Below, in pieces: positions 27,550 through 34,309 of a stretch of DNA of 55,838 nucleotides. This stretch comes from Armatimonadota bacterium (GTDB lineage Bacteria; Armatimonadota; UBA5829). The first letter of the stretch is position 1. Every line of letters starts with the position of its first letter. Where the stretch lies: the NCBI GenBank assembly GCA_012522555.1, contig JAAYKG010000158.1:1-55838 (forward strand), read 5' to 3'. A program made the position numbers and the translations under genes. The notes beneath the pieces are model-generated. The model did no database searches. It had not been told where the DNA came from and was given only the letters and a program-made list of their open reading frames with translations.

Positions 27550-27557
27550 TTATCTGG

Positions 27558-29996
27558 CTACGTTAGTAAGCCGGCTTCAATCGAATCAACGCCATTCAAT
27601 CGATCGACGAGCCGGCTTATTTTAGTTTGCTCATCATACTCCACCCACAGACAGCTATCAGTCGCATCGTGAATATCTTCGATGTGAGTGATGACGATTA
27701 TCTGCTCGAATCGGTTCTTGAGGTTCTGCATCAAACCCACCACGTTGTCTCGCCTGATCTTGTCCAGTGAACCAAATACCTCGTCGAGAACCAGCAATGA
27801 AAACGATTGCCCAGCACGGTCGGCGATCATCTGCGACACCGCAAGCCGCAGCGCGAGGTTGACCACATCATTCTCGCCCCCTGAAATCACCGGCTTCAGT
27901 TCGCCATCGTCGCGGATTACGGCCGAATAGCTCTCGTTTATCTCCAGAACACTATAGCGACCATCGGTCATTGCCGCCAGAAATTCGCTGGCTACCGACT
28001 CCAACTCCGGTCGAATACGATCGTTCAGCTCGGCTTTCAGCTTGTCTAGTGCAGAGCATAAAGTCACCAAATAAAGCCGATCGGAGCGCCTGACGTTCAA
28101 CAAATTCGCTTTGGAGTTGTAGTCTGCTTCTTCGATATTTATCTGTTTCAATAAAGCATCGGCGGTGTTTACCCCGCCCTGCTGCTTTTCTACCCCCAAA
28201 GCTGCGTCGTTTAGCTGCTGTGAGGCCTGTGTATAGCTGTTAGACAATTCCTCGTGCGCTTCTTTTGAAAAGTCGAGTTCTTTAAGAATCTTTTCTGATT
28301 TCGATATCTCTTCGTTCTTGGATTGAAGCTGAGCTTGTTGATCGGATAGCTGCTCTTCGACTTTGCCTTGCCTTTGCAGTTCGCCTTTCAGCGAATTGTA
28401 TCTATCACGATCCGGCTGAAGGGATTCTCTTAGATTTTTAAGCTCTGTATGACGTTTTTCATCATAACCCTGAGGCAATTCTGCCAACCGCTCTTTGAGC
28501 GGGGCAATTTCTTGAGTTTTACTCTTTATATCACCGCTGATGCGCTGATATTCTTTGACATCCGCATCTGCTTGAGATTTTTCTGCTGTTAGCGCCTTGA
28601 TTTGATCCTTCAGCGATTCAAGGGACTTCAAGCTGCCGGCAAGTTCGCTGTCCTCATTCTCCGGCACAGGTTTGGTTTCAGACAAGGATTGTTGCTTGTC
28701 GGATATATCTTTAAGCTGCTGGCTGAAATTGGCCAGAACTTTGGGTAGTTCGTCCGCAAGGGGTCTCTCACACGTCGGGCATCGACCATCCTGCCCCGCC
28801 TGCTCGATTCGATCCTTTTTCGCCTTGATCTCTTTTGACAGTTTTTCTAATTGGCTGATCTCTGCCTCGATAGAGTGCAAGTTTTTGCTGCGAGTTGTTC
28901 GGCGGTCGTGGATGTTTTTTTCCATTTGAACCAAAGCAGACTCCGCCGCACTGAGAGCCGCCTGCCTGGCTGTTTGTCGATCAAAAGCATCCGATAGCTG
29001 CTTTTCTCTCTTAGCCAGCGTCTGTATATCCTTTAACAAAACGGATATTTTCGCGTCGAGTTTCTGCTTTTCAACTTCGTGTCGCTCAAGCTCATTGAGG
29101 CTTTTTAGTTCATCGGCTTCTTTTTTGTAGCTTTGCAGTCTGGCTGCGATGGTGTCGAATTCGGTGCGTTTAGTCTTTAGTTGTTCGCTTTCTGTTTGCA
29201 GATCATCGACGCGCTTTGCTATCTGTTTCGCATCGGTTTTATCGATTTCCAATCTGCGGGAGACATCTTCATACTGCCTTGCTTTCAGGTCGGAGACCTC
29301 TTTAAGAGGCTTAAGCTCATCTACAGTTGTTTTCAACTTCTTCAGAACAGCTTGAGCATCAGCGAGGGCTTTGGTTGCGGCCTCATATTGCGCTTGAGCA
29401 TCTTTCTTGCGCTGCTTAAGCGCCCCGGGGTCGGGCAAGCCTTTTTCCAATCCCTCAATTTCATGATGCAGGCCCTTTCGATCATCGTTGGCTTTCTCGC
29501 GAGCCTTAGTCAGTCGATCATACCCCAACATTCGAGCGATCGCGGCAGGACGATCCCGACCTTCCAGCGTGGCCATAAACTCCAGGCCTTTTTGTGCGGT
29601 GAAGAAGCTCGTAAAAAAGGCTTGATAGTCCATTCCCAGCAATTGAGGTATAGCAACATCCACTTCTTTTACGCCGGATCTAAGCGGCCGGCCGCCGACA
29701 CTCAACACCGCATTGTTCACTGAGCCGAGGTTTCGCTCAACGAGATATTTCTCTCCGCCTAATTCAAACTCCAGGGAAACCCTTACCTTCGAGCCGCCAG
29801 GCGCTGCGGTTGATTTCACCGTATCCAACACACCCCGCACTGCTCGCGCGCCATACAACGCCCACCCTATAGCTTCCAGAATCGTGGTTTTGCCTGCGCC
29901 GTTCGGGCCGACGATGCCTGTGACACCACTCGAAAAGTCTATGTTTGCATCAATATATTGCCGAAAGTTATACATTTCAAGGCGAACAAGTTTCAC
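27558..29996 (-). CDS. sbcC: Rad50/SbcC-family SMC-like ATPase with central zinc hook
   Basis: 812-aa ORF. Walker A GPNGAGKTT sits at the N-terminus. Long Lys/Glu-rich coiled coils flank a CPTC hook at residues 406-409 (nt 28770-28781), exactly mid-protein. Signature SGGENDVVNLALRL and Walker B LLVLDEVFGSLD lie at the C-terminus. The GTG start overlaps the sbcD stop (GTGA). Confidence 0.9.
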   Translation of the reverse strand: MKLVRLEMYNFRQYIDANIDFSSGVTGIVGPNGAGKTTILEAIGWALYGARAVRGVLDTVKSTAAPGGSKVRVSLEFELGGEKYLVERNLGSVNNAVLSVGGRPLRSGVKEVDVAIPQLLGMDYQAFFTSFFTAQKGLEFMATLEGRDRPAAIARMLGYDRLTKAREKANDDRKGLHHEIEGLEKGLPDPGALKQRKKDAQAQYEAATKALADAQAVLKKLKTTVDELKPLKEVSDLKARQYEDVSRRLEIDKTDAKQIAKRVDDLQTESEQLKTKRTEFDTIAARLQSYKKEADELKSLNELERHEVEKQKLDAKISVLLKDIQTLAKREKQLSDAFDRQTARQAALSAAESALVQMEKNIHDRRTTRSKNLHSIEAEISQLEKLSKEIKAKKDRIEQAGQDGRCPTCERPLADELPKVLANFSQQLKDISDKQQSLSETKPVPENEDSELAGSLKSLESLKDQIKALTAEKSQADADVKEYQRISGDIKSKTQEIAPLKERLAELPQGYDEKRHTELKNLRESLQPDRDRYNSLKGELQRQGKVEEQLSDQQAQLQSKNEEISKSEKILKELDFSKEAHEELSNSYTQASQQLNDAALGVEKQQGGVNTADALLKQINIEEADYNSKANLLNVRRSDRLYLVTLCSALDKLKAELNDRIRPELESVASEFLAAMTDGRYSVLEINESYSAVIRDDGELKPVISGGENDVVNLALRLAVSQMIADRAGQSFSLLVLDEVFGSLDKIRRDNVVGLMQNLKNRFEQIIVITHIEDIHDATDSCLWVEYDEQTKISRLVDRLNGVDSIEAGLLT

Positions 29997-31129
29997 GGCG
30001 TCCTCTCCAGTTTTCCCAAATATTGCCGGCCTAAGCTTGTCAATCTCTCCCTGTCGACACCACCTGGGATATCATAAGTTTTGGCGAAATCCGCCCACTC
30101 ATCTTCCAACGTCCTCACCGTGCCCGGCTCGTGCCTGCTTCCGTCGGCGGCGCGAGTCGCAGGCGGCCTCATCTGAAGCTCGAAATGGAGCGCCTCGGCT
30201 CGGATCGAGCGCATGAAAGCAAAGTCCATATCCGATTGCACACTGCGAGGCAAATTCTCAATAACCAACCGAACGATCTTGTTAACATGCCCCCCTGAAA
30301 TACCTTTTATGCGGTTGGTTATCATCGTATTAAGCTCTTCGGCAGTAAGCCCTTCGGCATCGATCTTGCGGATGTCGATCACATCGCGGGTTTCGACTTC
30401 ATGAAACTTTATCAACTCTCTATTGTCGAGGTTGTATTCTATGAACCCTTTTTTAACGTCTGCCTCGCTCCAGATATTTGTGGAGGAATATTCGAGCGAG
30501 CCTGAATAATAAGCGTTATCGGCGAGCTTCGTAAAAGTGTGGTAGTGACCAAAGGCAATATAGTCCCAGTCGTCGCTTATGACCTGCGACCGGCTTAGTT
30601 GCGCTTGATCGTAGGCGCTTTTCATCACCCCTTCCACCGTTCCGTGCGCAAGCAGAATATTGTATTTACTTGTCGTATCCGGCTCTATTTTGAGGGATGA
30701 CACCTGCGGCAAAGCGCGATGACACAAGCAAAATACAGACATGTCCAGGTTTTCTAGTTTAACTTGGATATATTCGCTGTGCACAACTCGTATCCCAGGC
30801 AAATTTGCAAAAAGATCGAGTATACAGCCCGTATCCGCCGAGCGCGGCGAGTCGTGATTCCCGCCTATAATTATGATAGGCGCATCGATCTGCTGCGTCA
30901 CCTTGGCCAGTTCAAGAAACGTATGCTGGATCGTTAGATTGCTCGGCCTCACCACATGAAACATATCCCCCGCTATCAAAACAATGTCCGGCCGAAGCTG
31001 CACCGTCTTTTTAAGCGCGGAACGAAATGCAATAAACACATCAGCCTCGCGGGCGTTTAGCCCCTGTGGGTTCACGCGATTATATGCGCGATAGCCAAGA
31101 TGAGGGTCTGCGAGATGGACTAAACGCAT
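29993..31129 (-). CDS. sbcD: Mre11/SbcD-family nuclease (calcineurin-like phosphoesterase)
   Basis: 378-aa ORF with phosphoesterase motifs HLADPHLG, GDMFH, GNHD, LLAHG and GHYH in canonical order. Confidence 0.9.
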   Translation of the reverse strand: MRLVHLADPHLGYRAYNRVNPQGLNAREADVFIAFRSALKKTVQLRPDIVLIAGDMFHVVRPSNLTIQHTFLELAKVTQQIDAPIIIIGGNHDSPRSADTGCILDLFANLPGIRVVHSEYIQVKLENLDMSVFCLCHRALPQVSSLKIEPDTTSKYNILLAHGTVEGVMKSAYDQAQLSRSQVISDDWDYIAFGHYHTFTKLADNAYYSGSLEYSSTNIWSEADVKKGFIEYNLDNRELIKFHEVETRDVIDIRKIDAEGLTAEELNTMITNRIKGISGGHVNKIVRLVIENLPRSVQSDMDFAFMRSIRAEALHFELQMRPPATRAADGSRHEPGTVRTLEDEWADFAKTYDIPGGVDRERLTSLGRQYLGKLERTP

Positions 31130-31132
31130 TGG

Positions 31133-33106
31133 TTATACCCCCTCAAAAGGGTCAACGCCAGCGTCAACGTCCTTAATGATGACGGGAGGCTCGTCATCGT
31201 CAAGAAGATTGGCTTTCTTGCGCACCTGCCGACGGAAATAAGCCATCGGATCATCGGGGTTCTTTTGTATCGTGATGTTCATCGCTCGCACCACTTCTTC
31301 GTCGTCCTGGGTCTCCGCGACCAGGTCTTTGACAGCGCTGCGGCTGAGGTTTCGGTCGATTCTCGACAGATTCTGCCATATGGCTTCCTCTATCGGCAAC
31401 TCGTCCGCGGGCGGAAAGATTTTGATTCCATCAGGCCCGCGCAGTACGTTGGGCCTGGGGAACTTCACGAATATGGGCTGGTTGAAATGCGGATGGCGGA
31501 TCATCAACTGTCCCTTGCTCAAAGTCGCCAGCTTCTCTTTGGTCGCCGGCGTCAACACCTGATAGCCCGGAGTAGCAAGCTCGTCCATATCCATTCGGCC
31601 ATACATACACGTTGCAGAGTTGCCAACGATGCGTTTGTGGACCTGACTTCGGAATTGTTGGGCTGAAAATAACACCAAACCCAAATATCGCCCACGCTCG
31701 GATATATCGAGCAGGGTCTGGCGGAGGTACGACTCCTGCCCATCCGACGGGGCATATTTATTAAGCTCATCGACCACAACAATAATATGCTTGACGCCTA
31801 GGTTGCCCTTCTCAAGGTGCTCGCGCAGCTTGCTCACGATTCGGGTAAACACCAGATCCTGCGCCTGTGCTTCCTGTTTTGCCACGTCGACTACGTATAT
31901 CCCGCGATCCTCGAAGCTTCCCCAAGGCAGATCCGAGGTGAACTCATCCGGGCTGATAAGCCCCCGATAGCGCCCGGACAGGTTGGTCAGTCGGTTGTAG
32001 ACCTTGCGAATCGTCGCGTAGTGATGAGTCTTCCATTCAGACCTGTTGGAGGTCTCCATCTCCCGTAAAACCGCGTCAAACCACTGATTCAGATGCTGGA
32101 AATTTTTGACTTCGAATGGCTGGCCGTTGGCTTCGCTTTTTTGCTCGAAGACCCTCTGGCGAATGAATTGTATCAGCGCATCGGCCTTCGCATCGACATC
32201 ATCTCGATTGAGGACAACCTCGGTATATTCCAGGATGTCTTTAAGGCCCCACGATAGAGGTTTGACGCTGCCGATGAGGTCGGGATGGGTGCGCAGAGTG
32301 TTCAAGTTTACACGATCAGGCTTATAGGGAGCGTAGTAGTTTACGTTGGCGAAAGGCTCGCACGGAACTTGGAGCTTTTCATACTTCTCCGCATCTTCCG
32401 GGGTGATGGTTTGTATATTATTGTCTAAGTATTTTTTTTCATACTTATACCCTTCAGGCGCACTTGCGGGGAAGTCTAAAAACAGCATATCACAGCCCTT
32501 GACATTGAAACACACAACAGCCACATCCTCGCGGAAACTCGCAAAAATGCTTTGCAGTATGAATTCGATCGAACTCGTCTTTGTCGCCAGGCCGGATACC
32601 CCGGTAATGTTCAAATGAGCCGCCTCCGGGCCCAACAAAAACTCCGAATCTAAATATACGGGAGCGAGCAGATCGCCGTTTTGATATAGACCGACGGGTA
32701 TTTCTGATCTGCCAACATAGGCATCCATTCGCAGCGCACGAGCGACAGCAGCATCGTCCGCCAAAAATACCGGCCCGATGGGAACGGGCTGGAGAGGCTC
32801 CTCAGGCTCAACCCTTAACACCGCCGCGGAATATAGCTTTATTTCCGGCCGAATAGTAGGCGGTTCGGCTTGCGGGTCACCCTCCGCCCCAATATAATCG
32901 TGAAGCGGCGAGCCAAGGTCGGTAAACCCAAAACCTTCCACAACAACTCCAAACACTTCGACTTTTTCGGTAACAACAACTACCAGCGTTCCGATTCCGA
33001 CCTTTGAATCATCCGCCGTCCAGAAGCTGAAGCTGTAGGCCGTGCTGGGTTTCGCCTCCGTCGCTACTACGCGGCCAATCTGCTGTAGTCCGTTTTCCAT
33101 GTTCAC
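31133..33106 (-). CDS. herA: HerA-like FtsK/HerA-superfamily ATPase (HAS-barrel plus ATPase) with a deviant Walker A
   Basis: 657-aa ORF. The N-terminal beta-barrel-like segment is IGRVVATEAKP...IGTLVVVV...VFGVVVE. The P-loop region reads HLNITGVSGLATKTSS and Walker B reads HIIVVVDELNKYAP. It starts 20 nt downstream of the NurA-like gene stop. The start may be ATG 33100 rather than GTG 33106. Confidence 0.7.
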   Translation of the reverse strand: MNMENGLQQIGRVVATEAKPSTAYSFSFWTADDSKVGIGTLVVVVTEKVEVFGVVVEGFGFTDLGSPLHDYIGAEGDPQAEPPTIRPEIKLYSAAVLRVEPEEPLQPVPIGPVFLADDAAVARALRMDAYVGRSEIPVGLYQNGDLLAPVYLDSEFLLGPEAAHLNITGVSGLATKTSSIEFILQSIFASFREDVAVVCFNVKGCDMLFLDFPASAPEGYKYEKKYLDNNIQTITPEDAEKYEKLQVPCEPFANVNYYAPYKPDRVNLNTLRTHPDLIGSVKPLSWGLKDILEYTEVVLNRDDVDAKADALIQFIRQRVFEQKSEANGQPFEVKNFQHLNQWFDAVLREMETSNRSEWKTHHYATIRKVYNRLTNLSGRYRGLISPDEFTSDLPWGSFEDRGIYVVDVAKQEAQAQDLVFTRIVSKLREHLEKGNLGVKHIIVVVDELNKYAPSDGQESYLRQTLLDISERGRYLGLVLFSAQQFRSQVHKRIVGNSATCMYGRMDMDELATPGYQVLTPATKEKLATLSKGQLMIRHPHFNQPIFVKFPRPNVLRGPDGIKIFPPADELPIEEAIWQNLSRIDRNLSRSAVKDLVAETQDDEEVVRAMNITIQKNPDDPMAYFRRQVRKKANLLDDDEPPVIIKDVDAGVDPFEGV

Positions 33107-33126
33107 CTCTATTGGCGCTCGAGATA

Positions 33127-34149
33127 TCAGCCTTCTCGACTCCGCGATATTTCACTCAACCGAAACAGCCTCGCATCCAGGCTGGTATGTGACGGTGCAA
33201 GGCTTTTCATATATAATTCGCAGTCGCGAATGGGGTAGATCATCTTGTCCCACCTCGAATCAGGCAGGCTCAAAGGGGCGCGCTCGGCCAGTATCCAGCG
33301 CGAAATGTCATCGATCATCGCAAGGGCGCGGGCGGAACGGGGAGCTTCCACTCGAATAAGACCGAAATATGGATCCTTGCCTTCGCTTGGGTGCATCCGC
33401 AAATACCAGCTATAAACCGGCCTGCGCCTTCCGTGAACAAGGGGAATAAAGGCTCCGCTTCGCTCACCTACCTTCATCGAGAGCACAACCCGCTGCTCAT
33501 CCCAAGTCAGATATTGCGTGCCGTGGCTTTTGGTGACGCCAACGACATTTGCCTCACCATAGTCTGATTGAAGGGAGCCATCGACCAACAGCCAGCCAGG
33601 CCCTTTGTTTTGATCGACCCATTTTGCGGCTAGTTCGCTTTCTAATGCGCCGCGAATCGTGCTTATCTTGTCGTAGGCAACCTGCGCTAGAGCTATCGGA
33701 TGCTCGATGGTGTCAGAGTCGCTTGTGTCCACGATTTTAACGCCGCTGATCGTCAATCCGTAACGCTCGGCCATCCCCACCGAAAAATAGAGGGATTCAT
33801 CGACCTTGTGGAAGCCGGGCAAAGTGCGCATCCGCCTATCGGAGCCTCTCACGCGAATCGCGGCGGCAACATATCCATAAAGGATCGGAACAGGCGAATT
33901 GACGTAGATTGGGCCGCGGGGGCGCTGCATGCCGTCCATAAAACAGCAAAACTCGCCCTTGCACGCTCCGCCGACGTCGATTGCCATTATGCCGCACTCC
34001 TCAGCCAGCTCACGCCCGCCCGGGATCACTTCGGACTCGGCTCTCATAGGCGTTTCGTCGGCGAGTGGGGAGTGGCTCAAGGTCACTCTGACATCGACTG
34101 CAGGCAGGGTTCGTATATAGGCTTCCAGGTTGCCCAGCAGATCGCTCAC
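33127..34149 (-). CDS. nurA: NurA-like nuclease
   Basis: 340-aa ORF (GTG start, GAGAAGGGA RBS). Blocks IMAIDVGG, WLLVDGSL, GVTKSH, WYLRM and GLIRVE match the order of the conserved NurA-domain motifs as I recall them. Its position directly upstream of a HerA-like gene supports the call. Confidence 0.6.
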   Translation of the reverse strand: MSDLLGNLEAYIRTLPAVDVRVTLSHSPLADETPMRAESEVIPGGRELAEECGIMAIDVGGACKGEFCCFMDGMQRPRGPIYVNSPVPILYGYVAAAIRVRGSDRRMRTLPGFHKVDESLYFSVGMAERYGLTISGVKIVDTSDSDTIEHPIALAQVAYDKISTIRGALESELAAKWVDQNKGPGWLLVDGSLQSDYGEANVVGVTKSHGTQYLTWDEQRVVLSMKVGERSGAFIPLVHGRRRPVYSWYLRMHPSEGKDPYFGLIRVEAPRSARALAMIDDISRWILAERAPLSLPDSRWDKMIYPIRDCELYMKSLAPSHTSLDARLFRLSEISRSREG

Positions 34150-34178
34150 AGCAAAATCCCTTCTCTAACCTCAGCTAG

Positions 34179-34208
34179 AATGTATCATTTATACTAGACA
34201 GGTGTCAA
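34179..34208 (-). promoter_or_regulatory. sigma70-type promoter candidate for the nurA-herA-sbcD-sbcC operon
   Basis: The minus strand reads TTGACA-18 nt-TACATT, ending about 30 nt upstream of GTG 34149. Confidence 0.35.
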
Positions 34209-34254
34209 TCGGCATAAGTGAAGCTACTTTTCGGCCAGCAGATCATTAGTAACT

Positions 34255-34282
34255 TTGCGCTTCTTATGGTTCGGGTTATAAT
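34255..34282 (+). promoter_or_regulatory. sigma70-type promoter candidate for the GH20-like gene
   Basis: TTGCGC-16 nt-TATAAT, ending 27 nt upstream of ATG 34310. Confidence 0.35.
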
Positions 34283-34309
34283 GGGGGTGCGGTATTTATT
34301 GGAGGATGC

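Noticed and set aside
27558-34149. Reading the SMC-like/nuclease cluster as a known defence system (Wadjet, Lamassu, Gabija)
   Set aside because: The partners do not fit. There are no JetA/B/D-like, LmuA/LmuC-like or GajA/B-like proteins. The nuclease has the full Mre11 motif set, the ATPase has a Rad50 zinc hook, and the other two genes look like NurA and HerA. A defence role remains only a hypothesis under the main finding.
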